Source: Vicinamibacteria bacterium | GTDB lineage: Bacteria > Acidobacteriota > Vicinamibacteria > Vicinamibacterales > JAENWD01 | DNA length: 64,000 bases | Reading direction: 5' to 3' | Assembly: GCA_963837165.1 (NCBI GenBank) | Contig: CAWIMD010000002.1 | Span: 33,644-97,643 of the forward strand | Part shown: piece by piece, positions 11,884-21,668 of the stretch | Layout of the letters: the number at the start of each line of letters is the position of its first letter | Numbering within the stretch: the stretch's first letter is position 1 | The notes under the pieces: model-generated | The model's database searches: none | What the model saw: the letters and a program-made list of their open reading frames with translations, nothing else | Told to the model about the DNA's origin: nothing | Translations under genes and position numbers: made by a program

Positions 11884-12402
11884 ATGGAAAAGCGCACGAA
11901 AGGATGTCTCTGGGCCGCCGCCGGCGTGGCGGTCGTGATCGTCATGGTCGCCGTCGCCGCCGTGGTCGGCGTCGGCTACCTGCTCCACCAGCAGTTCGGC
12001 ATGCACGCGACGTTCGAGGACCCCGACGCCGGCCGCCGCGAGCTCGATCAGGTCCGCGCGCAGTTCGGCGCGCAGCAGCCGCGCCTGCACTTCTCGAAGG
12101 CGGGCGACGAGGCGCAAATCCGGCTGGACCAGCCCGACACGCCCTCCACCACGCCGCTGACGTCGCTGCACGTCGCGGCGTTCGATCCGTCGAAGCACAA
12201 GCTGGTACGGCTGACGATCCCGTTCTGGGTCGTGCGGTACCTCCCCGAGGGCAAGATCCGGGTGGATGGCGACGAGGTGCTCACGCGCGTGAACACCCCC
12301 TCGGGCCGCCTCACCGCGAAGGACCTCGAGGCCCTCGGCCCCGGCCTGCTGATCGACGATGTGCGGCCCGGCGGCGAGCGGGTCATCGTCTGGACGGAAT
12401 GA
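11884..12402 (+). CDS. Hypothetical membrane-anchored protein
   Basis: The start is taken at MEKRT, downstream of the REP unit. There is a single N-terminal TM ([23 protein letters not shown]). The stop overlaps the next start (ATGA). Confidence 0.55.
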   Translation: MEKRTKGCLWAAAGVAVVIVMVAVAAVVGVGYLLHQQFGMHATFEDPDAGRRELDQVRAQFGAQQPRLHFSKAGDEAQIRLDQPDTPSTTPLTSLHVAAFDPSKHKLVRLTIPFWVVRYLPEGKIRVDGDEVLTRVNTPSGRLTAKDLEALGPGLLIDDVRPGGERVIVWTE

Positions 12403-14687
12403 CCGCGGCCGTCGCCGCGCTCGTGTCGATGCTCGCCGCCGCGGCGCCGCAGGCCACGCCGCACCTCGCGACCGGGATCGTCAACGGCCAGGTCGTGGAC
12501 GCGGTGTCGGGCGCCGGTCTGTCGGACGTCCGCGTCCAGGTCGAGGACGGCAGGCAGACGGTGACCGATCCGCAGGGACGGTTTCACCTGGCCGGCATCC
12601 CGGCAGGCGACCACGTCCTCGTGGTCTCGGTGGTGGGCTACGCGCTGGTCCGGCGCGCGTTCAGCATCGGCAGCGGGGGCACCATCTCCCTGCTGGTACC
12701 GCTCGCCGAGGGCACGGGCACCTACAACGAGCGCGTGCAGGTCACCGGCTCGCTCTTTCGGGCGGCCGAGGCCGCGGTGCCGGCGCAGCAGGTGCTCGGC
12801 TCCTCGGACCTCCAGAATCTGCGCGGGCTGGTCCTCGACGATCCCGTGCGCGCCCTGCACGTCCTGCCCGGCGTGGCGTCCACCGACGACTTCTACGCCG
12901 ACTTCTCGGTGCGCGGCGTGGACTTCGCGCACATCGGCCTCGCCATCGACGGCGTCGCGAGCCCGTTTCTCAGCCACACCGTGCAGGGCGTCGAGGAAAG
13001 CGGGTCGGTCGGGATGATCAACAGCGACATCCTCGATCGCATGGCGCTCCTCAACGGCAGCTATCCGCAGCGCTTCGGGAACCGGACGGGCGCCCAGGTG
13101 GAGATGACGCTGCGCGAGGGATCGCGCGACCGCGCCCAGACGCGCGTGGCGCTGAGCGGATCGAGCGCGTCACTGGTGGGCGAAGGGCCGCTCGGCCACT
13201 CGCACCGCGGGTCATGGCTCGTCTCGGCCCGGAAGAGCTATCTCGATCTGCTCATCAGGCAGGTCTCCGACGAGGACCACTTCGCGTTCGGCTTCTCGGA
13301 CCTGGCCGGCAGGCTCGCCTGGGACGTGACCGCACACCAGCAGGTCGGCCTCTCGGTCGTGGCCGGGCATTCCGCGCTCAATGCGAGCCAGCTGCACGTC
13401 GGCCCCAACGACCCGTACGTCGCGTCGAACGACGCGTTCCTCGTGTCGGCCGCGTGGCGCTGGACCGGCAGCCCGCGGCTGGCGCTCAGCCAGCACGTCA
13501 GCGCCACGGGCGGCCGCTATCACAACCGCAGCCTGGACCGCGTCGTCCTGGACGACGGGGATTCGGTCACCGTCGCGTGGCGCGGTGACGCGAGCGCGGT
13601 CGTCGGCACCCGGTGGTCGCTCGACGCCGGCGGCTCGGTGGCCGCCAGCCGCGATCGCGCCGTGTCGCGGCGCGTGGTCGATCCGCGCCGTCCGGCGGAG
13701 ATCCGCGAGGACGCGTCGCTGCAGTCCACGCTCGCCGGGACGTACGCCGAGGTGCGTCGGACGCTGCCGCGCGGCGCGCTCGTGGCAGGTGGGGCTCGCG
13801 CGGATCACTGGACGGGAACGGGTGCCACGACCCTGTCGCCCTGGATCCGCGGCCAGGCACCGCTCCCGGGGCGGCTGGAGCTGGCGGCCGGCACGGGCAT
13901 CTACCGGCAGTTTCCGGATTTCAACGAGGTGTCGGGGATTCGCGGCACGCCCGGGCTCGACTCCGAGCGCGCGTGGCAGTCCGATCTCGGCCTGTCGCGT
14001 CTCATCGGGGCCGCCCTCCGGGCCCAGGCGACGGTGTATCACCGGCGCGGCCGCGCGGGCATCCGCCTGCCGGGGGACGACTGGCGGCTCGTGGACGGCG
14101 TGCTGACGCCGCCCGATCTCGACTCGCATTACGTCAACGCGATCGACGAGGAGTCCACCGGCGTCGAACTGCAGGTGCAGCGGCGCAGCCCGAACGGCCT
14201 CTCCGGGTGGGTCAGCTACACGTTCGGCCACACGCGCAAGACCGACGTCACGACCGGCGAGCGCTTCGACGCGGACTTCGACCAGCGCCACGCGGTGAAC
14301 GTCTACGCGCTGTATCGCCTCACCAACAGGACGAACGTGGCGGTGAAGGTTCGCGCGGCGACGAACTTCCCGGTCGCCGGATACGTCGAGGAGCTTCCGG
14401 CGTCCGCCGACGCGCCCGTCCCTCCGAATCAGCCGGGACGCTACGCCGTCTCGGCGCTGCCGAACACCGCACGCCTGCCCGCGTACTCGCGCGTGGACGT
14501 GCGGGCCAACCACGTCTTTGCGGTGCCGAAGGGGCGGCTCACGCTGTACGTGGAGCTGATGAACGTGTTCGACCACACCAACTGGCGCACCGGCACCGGG
14601 TCCATCCGGACGGACGGCGAGATCCGGGACCTGATGAAGCCGCTCGTGCCGTTCCTGCCGTCGGCGGGGCTGCTGTGGGAGTTCTGA
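12399..14687 (+). CDS. TonB-dependent receptor with N-terminal carboxypeptidase-regulatory-like domain
   Basis: GIVNGQVVDAVSGAGLSDVRVQV...GRFHLAGIPAGDHVLVVS gives the CarbopepD_reg-like domain. A plug and a long beta-barrel follow, ending in ...LLWEF. Confidence 0.8.
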   Translation: MTAAVAALVSMLAAAAPQATPHLATGIVNGQVVDAVSGAGLSDVRVQVEDGRQTVTDPQGRFHLAGIPAGDHVLVVSVVGYALVRRAFSIGSGGTISLLVPLAEGTGTYNERVQVTGSLFRAAEAAVPAQQVLGSSDLQNLRGLVLDDPVRALHVLPGVASTDDFYADFSVRGVDFAHIGLAIDGVASPFLSHTVQGVEESGSVGMINSDILDRMALLNGSYPQRFGNRTGAQVEMTLREGSRDRAQTRVALSGSSASLVGEGPLGHSHRGSWLVSARKSYLDLLIRQVSDEDHFAFGFSDLAGRLAWDVTAHQQVGLSVVAGHSALNASQLHVGPNDPYVASNDAFLVSAAWRWTGSPRLALSQHVSATGGRYHNRSLDRVVLDDGDSVTVAWRGDASAVVGTRWSLDAGGSVAASRDRAVSRRVVDPRRPAEIREDASLQSTLAGTYAEVRRTLPRGALVAGGARADHWTGTGATTLSPWIRGQAPLPGRLELAAGTGIYRQFPDFNEVSGIRGTPGLDSERAWQSDLGLSRLIGAALRAQATVYHRRGRAGIRLPGDDWRLVDGVLTPPDLDSHYVNAIDEESTGVELQVQRRSPNGLSGWVSYTFGHTRKTDVTTGERFDADFDQRHAVNVYALYRLTNRTNVAVKVRAATNFPVAGYVEELPASADAPVPPNQPGRYAVSALPNTARLPAYSRVDVRANHVFAVPKGRLTLYVELMNVFDHTNWRTGTGSIRTDGEIRDLMKPLVPFLPSAGLLWEF

Positions 14688-14689
14688 GT

Positions 14690-15012
14690 GCGCGGAGGGA
14701 GCCGAGGACGCGATCGCCGAGGGCGCAGAGCAGATCTCTCGCAGAGGTCGCAAAAGGGCAGAGGAACGCGGAGGCTGTCGCGCCGACAGCGACTGCGACA
14801 CCGGCGTCGCGGCGCAGCCGCGACAGGGCGAGGGGGCGGGCTCAGGGAAGAAGATGGGCACGGGAAATAGAGGCCCTTCTTCTTCCCTGAGTCCGCCCCC
14901 TCGCTTTGCCGGCCGCGTTGCGGCCGGCGCCGGTCTCGCAGTCGCCGTGTCAGCGTGACGTCCTCTGCGATCTCGTGCTCTCCGCGATCCCTGCCAGATG
15001 GTGTGCTCGGCG
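14690..15012. repeat. About 320-bp imperfect palindromic (MITE-like) element, copy A
   Basis: Nested inverted repeats surround a centre near 14865. Examples are GCGAGGGGGCGGGCTCAGGGAAGAAG / CTTCTTCTTCCCTGAGTCCGCCCCCTCGC and the outer pair GCAGAGCAGATCTCTCGCAGAGG / CCTCTGCGATCTCGTGCTCTCCGC. Sequence blocks are shared with 40727-40996. Confidence 0.7.
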
Positions 15013-15023
15013 TGCTCGGCGCC

Positions 15024-15626
15024 TTACAGCCATCCCTTGACCCGCGCGATGCGCGCGGCATCGATGCGGTTCTTTGCCCCGATCTTGCTGATCGCCTCCG
15101 ACAGGTAGTTCCGGACGGTTCCCTCCGACAGCGCCAGGGCGGCGGCAATCTCGGCGCTCGATCGCCCCTCGGCGGCCTGGCGCAGCACCTGCCGCTCGCG
15201 GTCGGTGAGCGGATCCGATTCGGACCACGCTTCGGCGGCCAGGGCGGGATCGACGGCGCGGCCTCCACCGTGCACGCGGCGGATCGCCTCGGCGAGCTGG
15301 TGCGACGGGGCGTCCTTCAGCAGGTAGCCGCTCGCGCCGGCGTCCAGCGCACGGCGCAGGTACCCGGGCCGCGCGAACGTCGTGAGGATGATGATGCGCG
15401 CGCTCGAGCCGTGCCGCTTCAGCTCGGCCGCCAGCTCGAGGCCGGTGAGGCCGGGCATCTCGATGTCGGTGACGACGACGTCCGGACGCGTGCCGAGCGC
15501 GGCCGTCAGGGCCTCGCTGCCGGACCTGGCCTGGGCCACGACCTCGAGGTCTGACTCGATCTCGAGCAGCGCGCCCAGTGCGCCGAGCACCATCGCCTGG
15601 TCCTCGGCGATGAGGACCCGGATCAC
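15024..15626 (-). CDS. LuxR/NarL-family response regulator (DesR-like)
   Basis: The receiver is VLIAEDQ...DIEMPG and the C-terminal HTH is LTDRERQVLRQAAEGRSSAEIAAALALSEGTVRNY. The GTG start overlaps the kinase stop (GTGA). Confidence 0.9.
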   Translation of the reverse strand: MIRVLIAEDQAMVLGALGALLEIESDLEVVAQARSGSEALTAALGTRPDVVVTDIEMPGLTGLELAAELKRHGSSARIIILTTFARPGYLRRALDAGASGYLLKDAPSHQLAEAIRRVHGGGRAVDPALAAEAWSESDPLTDRERQVLRQAAEGRSSAEIAAALALSEGTVRNYLSEAISKIGAKNRIDAARIARVKGWL

Positions 15627-16711
15627 GCCGGCGCCTCCCGCGGCGCCGCCCGGGCCGGCAACGTCATCAGCAGGCGTGTGCCTTCGCGGCCGTCGCGCTC
15701 GAGGGTGCCGGCCACCTGCCGCAGCCGCTCCCGGATTCCGGACAGGCCGCTGCCTTCCGGCGCCAGGCCTCCGCGTCCATCGTCCCGTACCTCGAGCACC
15801 CTGCGGCCGCCGGACGGCCGCAGGGCGATCCAGCATTGGCGTGCGCCGGCGTGCCTGATCACGTTGGTGACCGCCTCGCGCAGCGCGTAGGCGAGCGCGC
15901 GATCCTCGTCCGGGTCCAGCCCGTGCGGAGCGACGTCGATGGCCGGCCGGATGCCGGCAGCCACGAGCACGCGCTCAGCATTGGCCACCTCGTCCGCCAG
16001 CCCCTCCGACCGGTAGCCGCGTACCGCGCTCCGCACCTCGCCGAGGGCCTCGCGCGAGATGCGCTCGACCTCCCGGATCTCCGCCACCGCGCGCTGCGGG
16101 TCCCGGGACGCGATCTTGGCCGCCAGCTCCGACTTGAGCACGATGACCGACAGCGTGTGGCCGAGCAAATCGTGCAAGTCGCGGCCGATGCGCTCGCGCT
16201 CGGCAATGCGTGCCATCTCCTGGAGCGCCTCCTGCGCGATGCGGAGCTTCGTATCGCGCCGGCGCGCATCGGCGAAGGCAATGTTGGTCGTGCCGACGAT
16301 GGCGGCGACGAGGAAGGTGGGGGCGAGCACGTAGACGGGCCAGTGCATCCACCACGCCTGGAGCAGGATCGCCCCCAGCATGCCGCCGACCCACGCGGCG
16401 GCGATCACCGGCCGTGCCGCGAAGCCGATGAACGCAACGCCGTAGATCAGGAAGCAGTTGCCGCCCGGGTTCACGGGCATGAAGGCCGAGCCGAGGGCGA
16501 AGATCGCCACGGCAATCGCCAGCAGGCGCCGGCCCGAGCTCCGGAATCCGGCGAAGTACAGGGGCAGGAAGATCGCCAGCGCCAGGAGCGACCAGCCCCA
16601 GTCGGCGAGCGTCGCTCCGCCCACGACCAGCGGACCGAAGTAGAACGCGAGGTAGAGGAGGTACGCGTAGCGGGTCCAGCCCGCCCGCGGCCTGCCCTGT
16701 CGGGTCGCCAT
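15623..16711 (-). CDS. Sensor histidine kinase, HisKA_3 (DesK-like), polytopic N-terminus
   Basis: The N-terminal TM bundle is followed by the H-box RDLHDLLGHTLS and an HATPase domain (DDGRGG..GSGLSGIRER). Confidence 0.85.
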   Translation of the reverse strand: MATRQGRPRAGWTRYAYLLYLAFYFGPLVVGGATLADWGWSLLALAIFLPLYFAGFRSSGRRLLAIAVAIFALGSAFMPVNPGGNCFLIYGVAFIGFAARPVIAAAWVGGMLGAILLQAWWMHWPVYVLAPTFLVAAIVGTTNIAFADARRRDTKLRIAQEALQEMARIAERERIGRDLHDLLGHTLSVIVLKSELAAKIASRDPQRAVAEIREVERISREALGEVRSAVRGYRSEGLADEVANAERVLVAAGIRPAIDVAPHGLDPDEDRALAYALREAVTNVIRHAGARQCWIALRPSGGRRVLEVRDDGRGGLAPEGSGLSGIRERLRQVAGTLERDGREGTRLLMTLPARAAPREAPA

Positions 16712-16731
16712 CGGATCGTCCGATTATGCCT

Positions 16732-17493
16732 TCATCCCTGCCGCGCGTCGCTGCGCAGGTAGGCAATCCACGCCAGGCCGCCGAAGACCACCGTGGCCAG
16801 GGCCAGGGCGGCCACGTGCACCGCCGTGTTTGGCGAGGCAGACATTCCGATCGCCCCGAGCGCCAGCTGGCAGATGTGGTACTGGGGCACGGCCGGCGCC
16901 AGCGCCTGGAAGAACGGCGGCAGATTCTCCACGGGCATCCAGAAGCCCCCCGCGAAGGCCAGCGGCAGGTTCACCAGGTTCACGACCGCCGCCGCACCCT
17001 GCGGCGGCACGAGGAACGCCAGCATGAGCCCGAGCAGGCAGAAGGGGATGCAGCCCAGCACCATGACGGTCCAGAGCTGCAGCCAGGCACCCGCCGGCAG
17101 CCGGACGCCGGCGAGTCCGACCGCGCAGGCGGCCATCAGGATCAGGATCACCGTGCCGAACACCATGCTCGCGACGACCTTGGAGACCAGATACGCCCCG
17201 ACCGGCATGGGCGTCGCGCGCTTCAGTGACAGCCAGCCCTGGGCGCGCTCCATCGCCACGCCGGCGCCAAAGGCGAACAGCGCCGCCGTCACGAGCCCGA
17301 ACATGCTGTAGCTCGCCAGCAGGTAGGTTGCCACCTCGGCCGCGTGATCGCCCTTGGCGAAGCTCAGGCCGAACAGCAGGTAGAACATCACCGGCAGGCC
17401 GATCGTCGGCGCGGCGAAGTGGGGCAGCCGCACCAGCTTCAGGAACTCGTACTTCGACTCGAGCGCGTAGGCGCGCCCCGGCATGAACTCCAT
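16732..17493 (-). CDS. ABC-2 type transporter permease
   Basis: A 253-aa six-TM protein in an operon with the ATPase upstream and the kinase/regulator pair downstream. Confidence 0.8.
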   Translation of the reverse strand: MEFMPGRAYALESKYEFLKLVRLPHFAAPTIGLPVMFYLLFGLSFAKGDHAAEVATYLLASYSMFGLVTAALFAFGAGVAMERAQGWLSLKRATPMPVGAYLVSKVVASMVFGTVILILMAACAVGLAGVRLPAGAWLQLWTVMVLGCIPFCLLGLMLAFLVPPQGAAAVVNLVNLPLAFAGGFWMPVENLPPFFQALAPAVPQYHICQLALGAIGMSASPNTAVHVAALALATVVFGGLAWIAYLRSDARQG

Positions 17494-17504
17494 GGCGGGC
17501 TCCT

Positions 17505-18425
17505 TCAGGCGGCCCCGACGGCCGCGGGCCGGTCGGCGGTGGTGAGCGCAAGGAACGCGTCCTCGAGCCCGGCGCTGCGGATCTCCAGGTCACGCGCGGT
17601 CTCGTCCGCCAGCAGCAGGGCGCGGACGGCCCGATCGGAATCGCTGCAGACGAGCAGCCGGACGCCGTCGCCCTCCTCCGACACGCGCTGCACTCCAGGC
17701 AGCGCGGACAGCGCGGCCTCCCCCAGCCGGGTGCGGCACCGCACCTGCCGGCCCGCGGTCTGCTGCTTGATGTGCGCCGGCGTGTCGTCGGCGACGATGC
17801 GGCCGCGATTGAGCACGACGACGCGGTCGGCCAGTGCGTCGGCCTCCTCGAGGTAGTGCGTCGTCAGGAGGATCGACCGGCCGGCCTGCGCCAGCGCGCG
17901 AATGGATCCCCAGAAGCGCCGCCGGGATTCGACGTCCATGCCGACCGTCGGCTCGTCGAGGAAGAGCAGAGCCGGGTTCCCGCACACCGCGAGGGCGAAG
18001 AGCACCCGCTGCTGCTGGCCGCCCGAGAGGCGGCCGTACCGGCGGTCCACGACCGATTCCAGGCCCGCGAGCGAGAGGACCTCGTCCATCGGCAGTGGCG
18101 ATGGGTAGTAGCTCGAGAACAGGTGGATGTGCTCGCGAACGGTCAGCGTTTCGGGGACGCGTCCGACCTGCAGCATCACGCCGAGCCGGCGGCGCGACGC
18201 CAGGTGTTGCGGGTCGCCGCCAAAGAGCCGCGCCTGCCCGCGTGTCGGGCGGGCCAGCCCCGTGAGCAGCCGGACGACCGTCGTCTTGCCGGCGCCGTTC
18301 GGGCCGAGCAGGGCCGTGACCCTGGCCGGCTCGAGCGCCAGGCTCACGTCCGACAGCGCTTCCACCGATTCGTAGCGGTGCGTGACGCCTTCGAGCGATG
18401 CCACCGCCGCATGTGGATCCTGCAT
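17505..18425 (-). CDS. ABC transporter ATP-binding protein (ABC-2/DrrA-like)
   Basis: Walker A GPNGAGKTT, signature LSGGQQQR and Walker B LFLDEPT are present. I preferred the ATG at 18425 because GGAGGA precedes it. The track ORF extends to 18467. Confidence 0.9.
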   Translation of the reverse strand: MQDPHAAVASLEGVTHRYESVEALSDVSLALEPARVTALLGPNGAGKTTVVRLLTGLARPTRGQARLFGGDPQHLASRRRLGVMLQVGRVPETLTVREHIHLFSSYYPSPLPMDEVLSLAGLESVVDRRYGRLSGGQQQRVLFALAVCGNPALLFLDEPTVGMDVESRRRFWGSIRALAQAGRSILLTTHYLEEADALADRVVVLNRGRIVADDTPAHIKQQTAGRQVRCRTRLGEAALSALPGVQRVSEEGDGVRLLVCSDSDRAVRALLLADETARDLEIRSAGLEDAFLALTTADRPAAVGAA

Positions 18426-18567
18426 CGGGATTCCTCCGGCCCCCTGCTGTCTGTGACGTGCTGCCACGACAGCATTGCTCCGCGCACGGGCGTTGCCCAG
18501 TGCCAGAGATCAGCCGAGGCGGGTGACAAATGTCAGGGGCCTGCAGCACCGCCGCGCAGCGGCACTG

Positions 18568-20490
18568 CTATTCGCGAGCGCCGACGATTTCCTGGAAGAA
18601 GGCGTCGGCCCGCACCGGCCGGCCGAGGAAGCGCTCCACGATCTCGGCGGCTGGCTCCTCGCCGCCGCGGCTGAGCACCTCGCGGCGGAAGCGGCGGCCG
18701 GCCTCGGGGTTCATGATGTTCGCGCCGAACGCCGAGACCATGTCGAGCGCGATGACTTCCGCCCACATGTAGCCGTAGTAGCCGGCCGCGTAGCCGCCGA
18801 CGATGTGGCCGAACGTGCCGGGGAAGGCCGTCGCGGGCACGTGCCCCAGCAGCGACGCGCGCTCCATCCGCTCCCACACCTCCATGGCCGGCCCGGGCGA
18901 CGCGCCGGTGAGCGCGAGATCGAACGATGCGTAGAGCCACTGCCGTTCGTAGAGCAGCCCCTGCCCGAACCGCCGCGCGCGGTTGATCCGGTCGAGCAGC
19001 TCGCGCTCGACCGGCGGCGTGTCGGGCGAGACGCGGCGCAGCCGCTCGAGGCTCTCGATGCGGCGCGTCCACTCCTCGAAGATCTGCGACGGCGCCTCCA
19101 CGAAGTCGCGCTGGACGCTCGTGCCCGCGTGGAAGTTGTAAACCGTGTCCGAGAGCACGCCGTGGAGGATGTGGCCGAACTCGTGGAAGAGGGTCTCCAC
19201 CTCGTCATGCGTGAGCCCGCGGCGATCGAAGTTGGTCACCAGCACGCTGATCGGGCGGCGCCCGGCCTTCCGGCTCGCTCCGCGCACGGGCCACGCGGCC
19301 GCGTGGGGGAACTTGCCCTCGCGCGGGTAGAGGTCGAGGTAGATGCCGCCGACGAAGGCGCCGCTCTCGGCGTCGAGGACGTCGTAGTACAGGACGTCCT
19401 CGTGCCACACGGGCACGCGCGCCGCCTCGAAGCGGATCCCGTAGAGCGCCGCGGCCACGTCGAGCAGCCACTCAATCGTGGCTCCGGGCGGGAAGTGCCG
19501 CCGCATGGACTCCTGGTCCACGCGGTATCGCGCCTCGCGCAGCCGCTCGCTCAGGAACGGCACGTCCCAGCGGTGGACCGTGACCTGATCGGCCGGCACG
19601 CCGGCCCGCTGCGCCTTGAGGGCCCGCAGCTCCTCGAGGTCCTTGCGCGCGGCTTCCTTCACCGCCGACTGCACCTCGTCCAGGAACCGGCGCACGGCTT
19701 CCGGCGTGCCCGCCATCCGGCGGCGCAGGACGAAGTCGGCAAAGCTGGGCAGATCGTAGAGGCCGGCCAGCTCGCGGCGAAGCTGCACCACTTCGTCCAG
19801 GATCTCCAGGTTGCGCGGCGTGCCGCGATTGAGGTAGCCGACGTAGTAGCGGCGGCGCGCGTCCTCCGACTCCGCGTTCGCCATGAACGGGTTGAAGTCG
19901 GGGTAGTCGAACGAGAGCAGATAGCGGCCGCCGGCGTCGCGAGGCTGGCGCGCGAGGTACGGCTCGGGAAGGCCCAGCATCTCGCCGGGCTCGAATGGCA
20001 GCCGGGTCTGGTTGTCGCGGAGGTTCCTGGAGAACTCCTGCGAGAGGACCGTCACGCGCTCGGCGATGCTCTTGGCCCGCGCCCGCCGGTCCGGCGCGAG
20101 CGTGACGCCGGTGTCCTCGAACGACTCGACCAGGTCCTTCCGGATCTGCGCTTCGGCAGGCGTGCCCGGCGAGACGCATCCCACCCGTGTGAAGAGCGCC
20201 TCGTTCTGGAAGATCTCGACCTGGAAGCTCGAGAGCGATCGAATGGCCTCGTCTGCCGCGTCGCGCACCGCCTTGTCCGGATGGACGTTGTTCAGGATGG
20301 CGATCGGGCCCTCGATGTCCTCGAGCTGCACCGTGATGCGGTCCCACTCGTCGAGGACGCTGGCCGGGGTGATGCGATCGAGCGGGAGCCTGGCGAGCCG
20401 GTGGAAGGCGTCGCGGGCGTCCGACAGCAGCTGCCGGCAGGCGGCGGACAGGCTGACGGCGTCGAGAATGGGCAGCGTGGTTCGAGGCAC
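18568..20490 (-). CDS. M3-family zinc metallopeptidase (oligopeptidase A / Dcp-like)
   Basis: The zinc motif HEFGH (LFHEFGHILH) has a downstream E (FVEAPSQ). At 640 aa the length is typical of the family. Confidence 0.85.
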   Translation of the reverse strand: MPRTTLPILDAVSLSAACRQLLSDARDAFHRLARLPLDRITPASVLDEWDRITVQLEDIEGPIAILNNVHPDKAVRDAADEAIRSLSSFQVEIFQNEALFTRVGCVSPGTPAEAQIRKDLVESFEDTGVTLAPDRRARAKSIAERVTVLSQEFSRNLRDNQTRLPFEPGEMLGLPEPYLARQPRDAGGRYLLSFDYPDFNPFMANAESEDARRRYYVGYLNRGTPRNLEILDEVVQLRRELAGLYDLPSFADFVLRRRMAGTPEAVRRFLDEVQSAVKEAARKDLEELRALKAQRAGVPADQVTVHRWDVPFLSERLREARYRVDQESMRRHFPPGATIEWLLDVAAALYGIRFEAARVPVWHEDVLYYDVLDAESGAFVGGIYLDLYPREGKFPHAAAWPVRGASRKAGRRPISVLVTNFDRRGLTHDEVETLFHEFGHILHGVLSDTVYNFHAGTSVQRDFVEAPSQIFEEWTRRIESLERLRRVSPDTPPVERELLDRINRARRFGQGLLYERQWLYASFDLALTGASPGPAMEVWERMERASLLGHVPATAFPGTFGHIVGGYAAGYYGYMWAEVIALDMVSAFGANIMNPEAGRRFRREVLSRGGEEPAAEIVERFLGRPVRADAFFQEIVGARE

Positions 20491-20512
20491 CAGGGCTCCA
20501 GGATCAGACGCC

Positions 20513-21541
20513 CTACTTCGACCCGGCGCCGTACACCTCGTTCCTGGTGTGATAGCCGTCCGAGATCACGGTGACGTCGAGGTTGCTCTTGTCCACCGAG
20601 ATCGGGTCCAGCAGGCGGGCGGGCACGTCCTTCGCGCCGTTGTTCACTTTCACGAGCGAGTCGATCGACTGGCCCTTGGCCAGGCTGACGGCGGCCCCGG
20701 CCGCCATGCGCGCGAGCGGGCTGAGCGGCTTGTACACCGTCATGGCCTGGGTGCCCGCCACGATCCGCTGGCAGGCGGAGAGCTCGGCGTCCTGGCCCGA
20801 CACGGGCACCTTGCCGGCCAGCTTCGCCGCGGCCAGCGCGTCGATGGCGCCGCCGGCGGTGCTGTCGTTCGAGGCGACGACCGCCGCGATGTTCTTCGTC
20901 TTCTTCAGCACGGTGGCGATCGCGTCCTTGGCCACGGCGGGGTCCCAGCCCTCGACCCACGGCTCGGCGATGACGTGCACGGCGCCGCTGGCGATGGCGG
21001 ACTTCAGCACGTCCATCTGCCCGTCGCGCACCAGCCGCGCGTTGTAGTCGGTGGGTGATCCGCCGAGCAGCACGTAGTTGCCTTTTGGCGCCTTGCCCAG
21101 CAGGTACTCGGCCTGCATGCGCCCGACCTTGACGTTGTCGAACGACACGTAGAGGGCGACGTCGGCGTTGCGGATCAGGCGGTCGTAGCTGATCACCGGC
21201 ACGTGCCTGGCGGCCGCCGCCTCGACGATCGCGCCCGCCTTGTCGAGATCGGTCGGCACGACGACGAGCACCTTGACGCCGTCGTTGAGCAGCGCGTTGG
21301 CGGCGTCGAGCTGCCGGCCCGGATCGCCCTCGCCTTCCTTGACCTCGACCCGGGCGCCGAGGTCCTCGGCGCGCGAGACGAACAGGTCACGGTCGCGCTG
21401 CCAGCGCTCCTCGCGCAGCTGGTCCAGCAGCAGCCCGATCTTGAGCGGCCCGGTGTCGGGGCGCTTCGGTGCCGATCCGCCGCCACACGAGATCGCGAGT
21501 ACCGCCGCCCCGAGCGCCCCCGCGACCGCTCCCTTGCGCAT
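20513..21541 (-). CDS. Periplasmic sugar-binding protein, XylF-like (lipoprotein signal); no cognate permease or ATPase nearby
   Basis: KIGLLLDQLREERWQRDRDLF...ISYDRLIRNADVALYVSFDNVKVG closely parallels E. coli XylF. The lipobox is LAISCGG. I preferred the second ATG because it has a GAGAGGAG RBS. The track ORF starts at 21565. Confidence 0.8.
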   Translation of the reverse strand: MRKGAVAGALGAAVLAISCGGGSAPKRPDTGPLKIGLLLDQLREERWQRDRDLFVSRAEDLGARVEVKEGEGDPGRQLDAANALLNDGVKVLVVVPTDLDKAGAIVEAAAARHVPVISYDRLIRNADVALYVSFDNVKVGRMQAEYLLGKAPKGNYVLLGGSPTDYNARLVRDGQMDVLKSAIASGAVHVIAEPWVEGWDPAVAKDAIATVLKKTKNIAAVVASNDSTAGGAIDALAAAKLAGKVPVSGQDAELSACQRIVAGTQAMTVYKPLSPLARMAAGAAVSLAKGQSIDSLVKVNNGAKDVPARLLDPISVDKSNLDVTVISDGYHTRNEVYGAGSK

Positions 21542-21668
21542 GGTGGATGCTCCTCTCAGGCTCATGAGTGCGAAAGGAGCACTGTACTCGCGGGCTGGCG
21601 CAGGAACAAGCCCTGAGGGGCCGCCGTGCGCGCACCCGGACCGCCCGTCCGTGCGCTAGACTCCAGGC

